From Acidobacteriia bacterium UBA6623 (lineage in GTDB: Bacteria > Acidobacteriota > Terriglobia > Bryobacterales > UBA6623), in the NCBI GenBank assembly GCA_002433055.1, contig DJHJ01000039.1, forward strand, positions 22,080 to 86,079: a stretch of 64,000 bases of DNA, read 5' to 3'. Below the pieces are notes generated by a model, which ran no database searches, was not told the origin of the DNA, and saw only the letters and a program-made list of their open reading frames with translations. Made by a program: the position numbers and the translations under genes. Positions 39,395-49,215 of this stretch are shown here, one piece after another (positions within the stretch are counted from its first letter, which is position 1; every line of letters starts with the position of its first letter).

Positions 39395-40717
39395 ATGTCC
39401 CTGATATTTAACAACGTATCTAAAAGCTACCCCGTATACGAAAACTCTGTGTCTCGAATTAAAGAATTAGCTTTTTTCGGCCGGCGCAATTTTCACAAAG
39501 ATTTTTGGGCCTTGCGTGATTGTTCGTTTGAAGTCACTCGAGGCAGTACGTTCTGCTTGGTTGGTGAAAACGGTTCCGGTAAGAGCACCGCGCTGCAACT
39601 GGCAGCTGGAATTTTTTCACCCACACGTGGTCAAATCGACGTTAAAGGACGAGTCTCATCACTGCTCGAACTTGGCGCTGGTTTCAACCCGGAGTTCAGT
39701 GGTCGTGAAAATGTCTTCCTCAACGGTGCAATCTTAGGGCTTTCGACTCAAGAAATCCGTCATAGTTTCAGAAAAATTACCGATTTTGCTGAGATTGGCG
39801 AATTTATTAATCAGCCAGTTAGAACATACTCTTCGGGGATGCTCGTGAGATTGGCTTTCGCTGTAGCTATTCACGTCGAACCAGAAATCCTACTGGTTGA
39901 CGAAGCTTTAGCGGTTGGCGACTACTACTTTCGTCAGCGCTGCATGCGCAAAATCCACGAACTGCGACGACGAAACGTGACCGTAGTGTTTGTCTCCCAT
40001 AGTATGGCTGACGTGAAAGCTATAGGAACCCAGGCATTGTGGCTTGAACGTGGACACATTATGGAAATCGGAGACCCTGCTCCGGTTATTAGCAAGTATC
40101 TCGCCCACCTGTCCAAAAAGGATGCTACTTATGTTGACCTACACAAAACAGAAGCGGGTATGGATCGAGGACTGGGGCCATCAATTGCACCTGAAATTGT
40201 CGAAACCATCCCAAATATCGATTTTCGACACGGTAATCGCCGCGCCGAAATTCTTGGCATCAATGTCATCAACCCATATGGACAAACCATAAACTCACTC
40301 GAGCCTCATATTCGACTGCGAGTTCGTATCAGCGTCCGTGCCCGAAAACCTTTAACTTCACCCAATATAGGTTTCATCCTCAGAAACCATTTGGGCGTTG
40401 ATTTCGCTGGGGTTAATACCGCAAGTGAGGGCATTGAGGTGCCGGCGATGTCACCCGGCGATATTCACACCGTCGATTTTTCTTTTGTCGTACCTGAATT
40501 ACAGTCTGACCATTTTTCCTTCACCCCAGCCGTCGCCAACGGACCGCTGGATGGTTATGAAACCTGTGACTGGATCGATAATGCTCTCACCTTGCCCATG
40601 GAACATGGTGACAATCCAATATACGGTTATATTAGGCTGCCAACGAAAATTGAAATCAACACTCGTCTAATCGATTCCAATGAAGGTGTGTCTGCTGTTT
40701 CGTCATGCAAAGAATAA
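39395..40717 (+). CDS. wzt: polysaccharide ABC exporter ATP-binding protein with C-terminal Wzt_C-like carbohydrate-binding domain
   Basis: Walker A GENGSGKST, signature YSSGM, Walker B ILLVDEAL. About 190 aa of extra beta-rich C-terminal domain, as in Wzt/TagH. Confidence 0.9.
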   Translation: MSLIFNNVSKSYPVYENSVSRIKELAFFGRRNFHKDFWALRDCSFEVTRGSTFCLVGENGSGKSTALQLAAGIFSPTRGQIDVKGRVSSLLELGAGFNPEFSGRENVFLNGAILGLSTQEIRHSFRKITDFAEIGEFINQPVRTYSSGMLVRLAFAVAIHVEPEILLVDEALAVGDYYFRQRCMRKIHELRRRNVTVVFVSHSMADVKAIGTQALWLERGHIMEIGDPAPVISKYLAHLSKKDATYVDLHKTEAGMDRGLGPSIAPEIVETIPNIDFRHGNRRAEILGINVINPYGQTINSLEPHIRLRVRISVRARKPLTSPNIGFILRNHLGVDFAGVNTASEGIEVPAMSPGDIHTVDFSFVVPELQSDHFSFTPAVANGPLDGYETCDWIDNALTLPMEHGDNPIYGYIRLPTKIEINTRLIDSNEGVSAVSSCKE

Positions 40718-43089
40718 AAGCATTTTTTCGCATTGCCGGCGAATTAATTCTGCTACTAACTCTGGCACCTTTACTCACACTTTTGACCGTGGCTGCAATT
40801 GCCATCAACGATCTGTTGGGTCTCTTGCTGGTATGGCGACAGGATGCTTCTAAGTCATCACTTGATGAGGGAATAATCTCTGGCCCCGTGAGTGTGGTCA
40901 TCCCTACATGGAATGGTTATGACCACCTGGTGCGTAACTTGCCATCAGTCTTAGAAGCCCTCAGTGAAGATTCGAACCACGAAATCATCGTTGTAGATAA
41001 CGCTTCGACTGACGGAACACACGAGATGCTGAATCGACTGTTTCCTGAAGTGCACGTCCTGAGGCTAGAAAGTAATCTAGGATTTGGAGGTGGTTCAAAC
41101 GCTGGCTTTCGTGCGGCACAACACAATATTGTTGTCCTTCTGAACAATGATATGTCTGTTAAGAAGGATTTTCTTGCACCATTACTCGACGGTTTCCGTG
41201 ATCCACGTGTCTTCGCTGTCTCTTCACAGATCTTTTTCTCCGATCCGTCTAAACGTCGAGAAGAAACGGGGCTCACACAAGGACGGTGGTGTAATGGACG
41301 TCTTTCAGTCGGCCACGTTGCTGATGATGAAATCTGTGACTTGTTTCCCACCTTCTATGCAGGAGGAGGTTCTTCTGCCTATGACCGCCAGAAGTTTCTT
41401 ACGCTTGGTGGATTTGACCCTCTTTGGGAGCCCTTCTACCTCGAAGACACCGACATAAGTTACAACGCTTGGAAGCATGGCTGGATGGTCCTTTATCAGC
41501 CTCGTAGCATCGTCTACCATGACCATCGAGGAACAATCGGTAGGGATTTTTCGTCAGAACTTATTCGCCGCACTCTTGAAAAGAACCATCTACTTTTCGC
41601 CTGGAAAAACCTTCACGACTGGCAGTTACTTAGTGAACACTTTGGTTGGCTTTATGCTGGGTTGTGGATCAGACTCCTCGGTGGTAGTGAAACAGCCCGT
41701 CCAAATTTCAGCATCTTGTGGTGCGCTTTCTGTCAGCTTATGCCGGCTCTCACCTCACGTAACCACTGTCGCCAACTTGCAGTTGTAGACGACATTGAGG
41801 CTTTTCGTCGACCGTTGGCAGGCTATTTCCGAGATCGCTTTCAAAACCCTAACCCCAACCGCGACAAACTGAACGTTCTATTTGTCTCCCCCTACCCGAT
41901 CGAGCCACCTCTTCATGGTGGAGCTCTTTTCATGAATCAGACGGTCCGTCACCTTGCTCTGCTGGCAAGGGTCCACCTGCTCGCCATGTTGGACGAAGAA
42001 AGCAACCTTGCCGGGCACCGTAAACTTGATGAGCTCTGCACCAGTACAGAGTTTGTGATCCGCTCGAAGGGTCACCCCAAAGGTCTCGGTGGACTTGTAC
42101 CGCATGCCATCCGTGAGTTCGCAAACGACGACTTCGATTGGCGATTACACCGTGCTATCTACATCCACGAAATTGATATCCTCCAGCTTGAGTACACACA
42201 GTTAGCTAGTTACGGCAAGTTTTTTGAGTGTATTGCCACATTTTTATTCGAGCATGACATTTACTTTCAATCTGTTTCGAGTGGCCTTCGCACTACTTCA
42301 AATCCAGTCCGAAAATTACTTAGTGGTTACGAATATCTACGTGCACTTCGTTTTGAATTAAAGGCTTTACAGCACTTCGATGGTGTACAAACTTGCACCA
42401 TGGAAAATCGACGCTATTTAGAATCCTTCATCCCACAAAACTCTTCGAAAGTAATGCCACTCATTCAGGATGACCTACGAGCTTCCATCGATCTGGCACG
42501 CTACAAATTCGTAGAGGAGGGACGTCAAGCAGACACGTTGCTTTTTGTTGGCAGCTTCCAGCACACTCCGAACCTCCACGCTATATCTTATTTCATTGAA
42601 CAGATCCTGCCCATAATTCGCACCCGACGCCACTCGGTTCGACTACTAGTAGCGGGGGCTCAAGCTCCTCCCGATTTAGTCAATACAATTGACGTGCCAG
42701 GCGTTCAATTTCTTGGACGTGTTGATGATATCCGAGAGCTCTATGCGACCTGCAGTATCTTTGTATGTCCCATCTTGAACGGATCAGGAATTCGCGTCAA
42801 ACTACTCGAAGCATTTGCCGTGGGCATTCCAGCAGTTTCAACTGCCCTAGGCGCTGAAGGTTTATCCACGCAGAGTGGAGAGATCATCGAATTGGCCGAG
42901 ACACCTGACAAATTTGCAGATGCCACGATCTCATTACTCGAAAATCCCATCCGGGCGCGCTCAATGGCTCGCCGTGCCCGCCGTGAGGTAGAAGAAAGGT
43001 GGTCTGCCGAACAACGGACGAACAAACTAGAACACCACTATCGTGAAGTATTACGCAAAAAAATTGGCAGCAATTCTGCCAATTGTTAG
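40705..43089 (+). CDS. bifunctional glycosyltransferase (N-terminal TM + GT2 domain, C-terminal GT4/GT1-type domain)
   Basis: GT2: VSVVIPTWNG ... IIVVDNASTDGT ... NLGFGGGSNAG ... LLNNDM. GT4: FVCPILNGSGIRVKLLEAFAVGIPAVST (E-x7-E region). 13-nt overlap with wzt. Confidence 0.85.
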   Translation: MQRIKAFFRIAGELILLLTLAPLLTLLTVAAIAINDLLGLLLVWRQDASKSSLDEGIISGPVSVVIPTWNGYDHLVRNLPSVLEALSEDSNHEIIVVDNASTDGTHEMLNRLFPEVHVLRLESNLGFGGGSNAGFRAAQHNIVVLLNNDMSVKKDFLAPLLDGFRDPRVFAVSSQIFFSDPSKRREETGLTQGRWCNGRLSVGHVADDEICDLFPTFYAGGGSSAYDRQKFLTLGGFDPLWEPFYLEDTDISYNAWKHGWMVLYQPRSIVYHDHRGTIGRDFSSELIRRTLEKNHLLFAWKNLHDWQLLSEHFGWLYAGLWIRLLGGSETARPNFSILWCAFCQLMPALTSRNHCRQLAVVDDIEAFRRPLAGYFRDRFQNPNPNRDKLNVLFVSPYPIEPPLHGGALFMNQTVRHLALLARVHLLAMLDEESNLAGHRKLDELCTSTEFVIRSKGHPKGLGGLVPHAIREFANDDFDWRLHRAIYIHEIDILQLEYTQLASYGKFFECIATFLFEHDIYFQSVSSGLRTTSNPVRKLLSGYEYLRALRFELKALQHFDGVQTCTMENRRYLESFIPQNSSKVMPLIQDDLRASIDLARYKFVEEGRQADTLLFVGSFQHTPNLHAISYFIEQILPIIRTRRHSVRLLVAGAQAPPDLVNTIDVPGVQFLGRVDDIRELYATCSIFVCPILNGSGIRVKLLEAFAVGIPAVSTALGAEGLSTQSGEIIELAETPDKFADATISLLENPIRARSMARRARREVEERWSAEQRTNKLEHHYREVLRKKIGSNSANC

Positions 43090-43108
43090 TCGCCGCAACA
43101 TAGAAATC

Positions 43109-45331
43109 TCAGCGCGCTGTACTTAACTTTTTCTCAATACGAAGTTTAATTAGAGCCGTCGTCGCCCACCTACTCTTGTCCTTCGATTCGACAGAGATGT
43201 CAAAGTAGCCTGGTTGAGTTTTTGGAGTAGTTTTCAGTTGAATTAAAGCATTATGCTCGTCGCGCTTACCCACTTCAAATGAAACACCCTTGGGTAAACC
43301 TTTAACTTCAATTTTGGTCTGCTGGGGAAGGTTCACGGTACGAACACTGAGATTGGCAGTTTTTCCAGGGAAGACAGAGACTACAGAAGTCATTGTGGAT
43401 AAAGAAATCTTGGGCGGCTCTACCACAGTCAGTGTGATTTTGGGCAAAGGTCGTCGAGTAAAGTTCCATAAGTCGACAAGTGGTCCCATCTGCGAACATG
43501 TATTGGCCTCAACAATACGACGCTCCGGCATTAACTCTTCTTGAGCTTCCACGCCAAAAACGCGAATCGGATAAGCCCCTGCAGTGACACTCTTGGGAAC
43601 CTTAATTGTAAGGGAAACTTCGGGTATGATCATATCTGCACCATCGGCACTGGGTTCAAAGGTTTGATCTTTTCGAAACCTGCCACGAGGTGCCTTCACA
43701 CCCTCAGGAAGTCCTTCGAGCCAAACTACCACCTCACCATCAAACCCTGTCTCGCGCGGCATATGAATCTTGATTTCAGCTTGACCACCTCTCTCCACTG
43801 TAAAGTTTTCCGGTGTGGTAAAAAGCTGGAAAGTGGGAAGACGGCGATCAGCCCTGAGGCGGTAGCGATATGATGGACCACCACGACCAGTGCGATCCTT
43901 GATAACCAGCATCAACAAACCATCTTGCGTCGGAGTGTAGAATAGGCTGCTATCGGGGTTACCAACGAGATTACCATAAGCTCCTACTGTGTCATCATTT
44001 TCTGCGATCTTAAATCCTGCATCGTCATACAAGGCAAGTACTGGATCCAAATGAGGCACCCCTAATTGCGTCGACAAGGTCCAAAAATGGAGTGGTCTCC
44101 CAGTGATCGCACGAATCGGGTATTGATCACGTTCGCCATCGTTCAACAAACCACCATTTATCGAGTAGGCGAGTTCGCTAGACGGAGTGGTTGACGCTTC
44201 AAACTCAGAATAGTCAACAGTATCACTGATCTCAAAATATGTCGCCTCGACGGTGCCACGAGATCCCGAAGCCCACAATCGCCACATACCAGTTCGCACT
44301 TTTTCTGGAATAGTGAAGGAGGCAACGAGTTTTTCGCTCCCATGTCTTTTGATCGAACCTGCAATACGAGCAATACTGGTGGATTTTGGTGGGTCTGTCC
44401 GCATGTGAATGGGCATTGTGTAGGGGTACGTCATTCTCATATATTCGGCTGAACGGACTTCGCTGAGATAAACTTGTTCGATCGTTTCCAGCGAGTTGCC
44501 ATTTAGTTGAATTTCAACACTGGCACCCACACTAGCCCCCAAGGGAGCCACATAATCGATCGTCGGCAATCGAGATAAGCGCATCATGTAAGCGGAATTT
44601 AAACTAAAATCTTGCCCGCGAGGGCCACGATAACGATCGACCAAAATACGATAAGATCCCGTTTCTGCAAAGATGTGTTCCAGAAATGGCGTTTCAAGAT
44701 AGTCGTTTCGATCATCGTTAGCAGCAACTCGACGACCTTTGGAATCAAAGATTTCCATTTTTCCCGCCAACAGTGAACCGTGTTCGATCGAGCGTAAATC
44801 CATCACCCACCGTTCACCCTTGTTAACTTTGATCGAGTAGATATCTATGTCACTGGCTGGCTCCAGTCTGCCTTGAATTTCAACATCTCCGGTAATGAAT
44901 TGTGCCTGATGCGCTGCATCGTTAGGTTCCGTGTCGATGACATCGCGAAACTGACCTACATTGAAGAGAATCGTAGTCGAATATCCGTCGATCGACCATA
45001 GACGCACGAAATGAGAGCCCAACGCTGCCTCTGAATCAATGGTGATCTCGCCCCTGAGGTGTCCGGCACTTTGGTCAGTCGTCTTGACCCACTTCAAATC
45101 CTCGCAGTCAAACTCTACCCTGCTGGCGTTGGAAAGATACCTGCCACGTAATTCAACTGTGACTGTACTGCCACGTTGCCCTCCCAAAGGAAATATACGA
45201 TCTAGCTCTGGCCTGCCCTGGTAAGCAAATAAAGAGCCCGTCAAGACAAAGAGTAACAGTGCCAATACTGTGGTACGCAAAAAGCTCACGGTTTCAGTCC
45301 CACAGCTCATTGACAGGTTCACCCTCAGCAC
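43109..45331 (-). CDS. secreted protein with two pre-peptidase C-terminal (PPC)-like domains
   Basis: Signal peptide LALLLFVLTGSLFA (alternative start 45310). EPNDAAHQAQFITGDVEIQGRLEPASDIDIYSIKVNKGERW is a PPC-domain pattern, with a second, more degenerate copy. Overlaps the DUF1501 gene end. Confidence 0.65.
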   Translation of the reverse strand: MLRVNLSMSCGTETVSFLRTTVLALLLFVLTGSLFAYQGRPELDRIFPLGGQRGSTVTVELRGRYLSNASRVEFDCEDLKWVKTTDQSAGHLRGEITIDSEAALGSHFVRLWSIDGYSTTILFNVGQFRDVIDTEPNDAAHQAQFITGDVEIQGRLEPASDIDIYSIKVNKGERWVMDLRSIEHGSLLAGKMEIFDSKGRRVAANDDRNDYLETPFLEHIFAETGSYRILVDRYRGPRGQDFSLNSAYMMRLSRLPTIDYVAPLGASVGASVEIQLNGNSLETIEQVYLSEVRSAEYMRMTYPYTMPIHMRTDPPKSTSIARIAGSIKRHGSEKLVASFTIPEKVRTGMWRLWASGSRGTVEATYFEISDTVDYSEFEASTTPSSELAYSINGGLLNDGERDQYPIRAITGRPLHFWTLSTQLGVPHLDPVLALYDDAGFKIAENDDTVGAYGNLVGNPDSSLFYTPTQDGLLMLVIKDRTGRGGPSYRYRLRADRRLPTFQLFTTPENFTVERGGQAEIKIHMPRETGFDGEVVVWLEGLPEGVKAPRGRFRKDQTFEPSADGADMIIPEVSLTIKVPKSVTAGAYPIRVFGVEAQEELMPERRIVEANTCSQMGPLVDLWNFTRRPLPKITLTVVEPPKISLSTMTSVVSVFPGKTANLSVRTVNLPQQTKIEVKGLPKGVSFEVGKRDEHNALIQLKTTPKTQPGYFDISVESKDKSRWATTALIKLRIEKKLSTAR

Positions 45332-46568
45332 TAATTTTTACTGGGCGGTCACCAGCCATATAAACTTTTTTTCGATCTATACCTAAAGCTGCGTAGATTG
45401 TTGCCCCTAAATCTTCTACCAGAACCGGTCGGTCGATGGGGTCGGAAGCAATTTTGTCAGTGGCCCCAATCAGTGCCCCACCCCGAACCCCAGCCCCTGC
45501 TAGTGCAACCGAGCTAACACGAGGCCAATGGTCGCGGCCACCCAAAAAATTTACTTTTGGTGTACGACCAAAATCACTAACAACAAGCACTAGAGTCGTA
45601 TCGAGCAAGCCACGATCCTCAAGATCCAAGATCAGTGTCGCAAAAGCTTTATCAAATTGAGGGAGGATTATCTTATTCGTTGGTTCGTGTTCCGTGTGAG
45701 TGTCATAGCCCCACTGGAAGACGGTCGCCAACCTAACACCCGACTCAATCAAACGTCTCGCCAGTAATGCCCCTTGTCCAATTACAGAGCGTCCATAACG
45801 GTCACGCAGCTTATCAGGCTCAGCTGTGAGATTGAACGCCTTCTTGGCAGCCGGCGAAGAAATCAGATCAAATGCTTTCTGGGAAAATTCATCCATGCTC
45901 GCAACCAGAGGCGATTCCTCTATATTCTTGAAATGACTGTCAAGTGAGGCCAATAGTCTTGAACGAGCTCCGGTCTCTTCAAAAGTAATCCCTGTAGGCA
46001 AGGTCAAGTCGCGCACAGAAAATTTCTTTCCGTTTGGATCGCCAGTTAGAAAGGGATCAAAAGTCGGCCCTAAGAAACCGGCCTCCACACACTGATCGGC
46101 ATCCGGAATTACCACGTACGGAGGAAGACCGTTCAACGAGCCCTTTTCTTTAGCGACCACAGAGCCAAAGCTTGGCTGCAATAACTCGTTCCGTGGACGA
46201 GTTCCACTAAAGATATGCTGACGAGCACGTTCATGGATAGCCTCAGCTGCAGAAACGGATCGAATGACAGCAAATTTGTCCGCAATCTTCGCTGACTCGG
46301 GCAATAATTCTGTAAATTGTGTCCCAGGAACAGCTGTAGAGATTGTCTTGAAGTTGCTACGGATACCTGAAGGAGCATCTGGTTTTGGGTCAAAAGTATC
46401 CAGTTGGCTGGATCCACCACCCTGGAACAGAATAATACAAGAACTCGCACGGCTGGTTGACAAAGCCTGGAGAACCGGCAAACTCAGGCCTCCGAAGCCC
46501 AACCCGCCAATCTTAAGAAATTCTCGGCGACTATGTCGCCAAAAACGTGACTCCGTTTGTCTCATCAC
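45294..46568 (-). CDS. DUF1501 (sulfatase/alkaline-phosphatase-like) protein, Tat signal
   Basis: SRREFLKIGGLGFGG twin-arginine signal. GGGSSQLDTFDPKP and GRDHW motifs are typical of DUF1501. Confidence 0.85.
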   Translation of the reverse strand: MMRQTESRFWRHSRREFLKIGGLGFGGLSLPVLQALSTSRASSCIILFQGGGSSQLDTFDPKPDAPSGIRSNFKTISTAVPGTQFTELLPESAKIADKFAVIRSVSAAEAIHERARQHIFSGTRPRNELLQPSFGSVVAKEKGSLNGLPPYVVIPDADQCVEAGFLGPTFDPFLTGDPNGKKFSVRDLTLPTGITFEETGARSRLLASLDSHFKNIEESPLVASMDEFSQKAFDLISSPAAKKAFNLTAEPDKLRDRYGRSVIGQGALLARRLIESGVRLATVFQWGYDTHTEHEPTNKIILPQFDKAFATLILDLEDRGLLDTTLVLVVSDFGRTPKVNFLGGRDHWPRVSSVALAGAGVRGGALIGATDKIASDPIDRPVLVEDLGATIYAALGIDRKKVYMAGDRPVKISAEGEPVNELWD

Positions 46569-46620
46569 TCTTTCTTCAAGCTTATACTAGTTGCTGGACG
46601 GTGGTGACTCCTCCGTCAGT

Positions 46621-49215
46621 TCAATAATTCAGAAGAAACTCCTTGGAATTCAGTACGGCCCATAGAATATTTTCCAGCGCACGACGGCGTCCTCGGCCAG
46701 CTCTGAGTTCGGAAGCAACAAATTCTTTCAGGGCAATACGTTCTTTCTTGTTGGGTGATCGCGCATAAGCCCTCTGGTAGACCTCTTCAATAATCTCTAA
46801 ATCACTGGAGCCAGTCGTGAGCTCTGCCCCTATGATGTTGTTTGCAGATTTTAACTTATCGCGAATAGTTTTACCATTGAGCATATGTAGTGCCTGTGCA
46901 AGGGTAGGTGACTTTTCTCGTTCCTTGATTACGTCACGCCGAGGTGTCCCAAAAACCCGCAAGAAATATTCAGCCTGGTCAGGAACATACACATCCTTAG
47001 CACGAGTACCCATGGGATAAAGTTGCAGTGTGTCAGTACCCATCCCAGCCGAAAAAACGTGAGGCACTCCCGTCACATCTGAAACTGCGTCTAGCAACAC
47101 CTCAGATGTCAATCTCCTGGGAGAGTAGCTCGCAAAAAGTGCTCTTTCAAGAGGAGTCGAGCCGGTGCGTTTTGAAGCTGATTGATAAACGCGCGAATTA
47201 AGAATTGCTCGATGCAAGGGACGAAGACGAAACCCGTTTTGAATAAAGTGATCTGCCAGTCGGTCTAATAATTTGGGGTTGCTTGGCATATTAGTTGAAC
47301 GGAAATCGTCAAAGGGTTCGACAATGCCCATCTGAAAATACTCATTCCAAATTCGGTTGACTGTAGCTCTTGCGAAATAAGGATTTTCCGGAGCAGTTAT
47401 CCATTTCGCCAAAACTTCTCGGCGATCAACACCTTCTGGAATCTTTGGAGTTGTACCAGCTAGAAACTTTGGCGCCACCGGCTGCTTTGTCACGGGGTGT
47501 TCAATTTCACCTTCATCATCTAGATACCAAGTACGACGATAACTCCCGTAGCCATGCTTGACTCTTAAACGACTGAAAAAAGCGGCAAATCCGTAAAAAT
47601 CATCCTGGGTGAAGTTTTCAAGAGGATGATTGTGACACTCCGCACATTCCACCCGCACTCCCAAAAATAAACGTGTCACAGATGGTGTTGCTTTCGCTGT
47701 GCTGAATTTCTTCAACATGAAATCGGTTGCGGGGTGCCAGAAATTCGTCTCAGGAGCGACTAATGTGTCCCCAGTGCTTGTCAGAAAAACCCTCACGAGA
47801 TCGTCGTAACCAGTATCCCCAGCAAGCCATTCACGAATCCAATCTTTGAAAACACCCATCGAGCGCCCTTGAGAGTTCAGCTGATTATTGCGATACCAGT
47901 CTTCAAACTTCACCAACCAGTGATCAACATACGCTTCACTTGATAGAATCTCGTCAATCAGTTTTTCTCTTTTTTGAGTGGAAGTGTCATCTAAAAAACG
48001 TGAGATCTGTTGGTGTGTTGGTAAAACTCCCCCGGCGTCAAGATAAACACGACGAACAAACTCTTGGTCGCTAGTGCGCCGTGCGGGTATGACGTTCATC
48101 TTGCGTAGCTTACGAAAAACAATCTCATCAATGAAATTTTGAGTTTTAGCAACTGGATAACCCAAACTCGCACGTTCCTCGATAACGCCAATTTGTGCCG
48201 TAGCTACTTTGCCCATGGCTCGTGCCATGACATTCGTCAGCCCAGGATTCACAGCTGAGATTGTGTCCTCACCCGAAACCCTTACTACAGCATCATCAGC
48301 CGAGACAAAATGGACCTGGTCGGTCATATCCCTGGTCGTACCATCGGAGAGACGTCCCACTGCAACCAATTTTTGAGATGCACCACTTCCGACCAAAATT
48401 TGCTGATTCGGATAAAGCTCTAAGCGGATCAATTGTGCGCCACTGCGATCTAGTTGTGCACCTTGTTTAAGCCATCGGTGCAAAGTCTCATACTCTTCTG
48501 AATCGGCAGTCATTAGGTGTCCACCACCGTGAGCAATAGCAAAAGTCGGTTTCTTCAATAGAAGACTTTCAGCCGGATTTTTAAGATCTACGCGTCTGCC
48601 ATTGTGTTCGTGGACGATCATTCTATGATCTGTTTCCGTATCGTAACCAAATAACGATAACTTGAACCCATTTTTCCCTGCTGGTGAACCGTGACACCCC
48701 GATCCATTGCAACCTTTGATCGTCAATATGGAAACAACATCACGTGCAAAGTTGACCGCTACTTCGCTTGAACCAGCACTCACCTCGACAAGAAAATTTC
48801 TTTTTATATCTGCAAACTCTACCTGAATCCAAGCCTGGCCAACTGCTTTCGCAACGATTCTACCTCGTGCAATATCAATATCCACGATCTCGGGTTGGGA
48901 TGAACGGATTGCAACCCTGGTCGTAACATCTATCGTGTTCTCTTGTTCATCAAGAGCCGATATAATGAACCTTTGAGAAGTACCAGGGCCTGGCAGCACT
49001 AGAGCCGAGGGCTCCAGACGAATTTCTGTCCAACTACCAAATGCCTTAGCAAATGGCAACACCCCAATCAAAACTGCAATGAATAGAGGCCAGGCTATTC
49101 TTTTTTGAAGCCTGATGGCCCTACATTGTTCAATCAACATCATTTGCTTTTGGAATTTCTGCAAATAGTTGGCTTTTGATATTAACCTACGGCAAATTCT
49201 CTGACCTAAAGTCAT
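46621..49215 (-). CDS. DUF1549/DUF1553 (PSCyt2/PSD1) protein with Ig-like N-terminal domain
   Basis: GCHGS...GFKLSLFGYD (DUF1549 start), VECAECHNHPLENFTQDDFYGFAAFF (conserved CxxCH-like motif), and a C-terminal DUF1553 pattern ending LNSKEFLLNY. The true start could be further in (MMLIEQ... at 49146). Confidence 0.85.
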   Translation of the reverse strand: MTLGQRICRRLISKANYLQKFQKQMMLIEQCRAIRLQKRIAWPLFIAVLIGVLPFAKAFGSWTEIRLEPSALVLPGPGTSQRFIISALDEQENTIDVTTRVAIRSSQPEIVDIDIARGRIVAKAVGQAWIQVEFADIKRNFLVEVSAGSSEVAVNFARDVVSILTIKGCNGSGCHGSPAGKNGFKLSLFGYDTETDHRMIVHEHNGRRVDLKNPAESLLLKKPTFAIAHGGGHLMTADSEEYETLHRWLKQGAQLDRSGAQLIRLELYPNQQILVGSGASQKLVAVGRLSDGTTRDMTDQVHFVSADDAVVRVSGEDTISAVNPGLTNVMARAMGKVATAQIGVIEERASLGYPVAKTQNFIDEIVFRKLRKMNVIPARRTSDQEFVRRVYLDAGGVLPTHQQISRFLDDTSTQKREKLIDEILSSEAYVDHWLVKFEDWYRNNQLNSQGRSMGVFKDWIREWLAGDTGYDDLVRVFLTSTGDTLVAPETNFWHPATDFMLKKFSTAKATPSVTRLFLGVRVECAECHNHPLENFTQDDFYGFAAFFSRLRVKHGYGSYRRTWYLDDEGEIEHPVTKQPVAPKFLAGTTPKIPEGVDRREVLAKWITAPENPYFARATVNRIWNEYFQMGIVEPFDDFRSTNMPSNPKLLDRLADHFIQNGFRLRPLHRAILNSRVYQSASKRTGSTPLERALFASYSPRRLTSEVLLDAVSDVTGVPHVFSAGMGTDTLQLYPMGTRAKDVYVPDQAEYFLRVFGTPRRDVIKEREKSPTLAQALHMLNGKTIRDKLKSANNIIGAELTTGSSDLEIIEEVYQRAYARSPNKKERIALKEFVASELRAGRGRRRALENILWAVLNSKEFLLNY

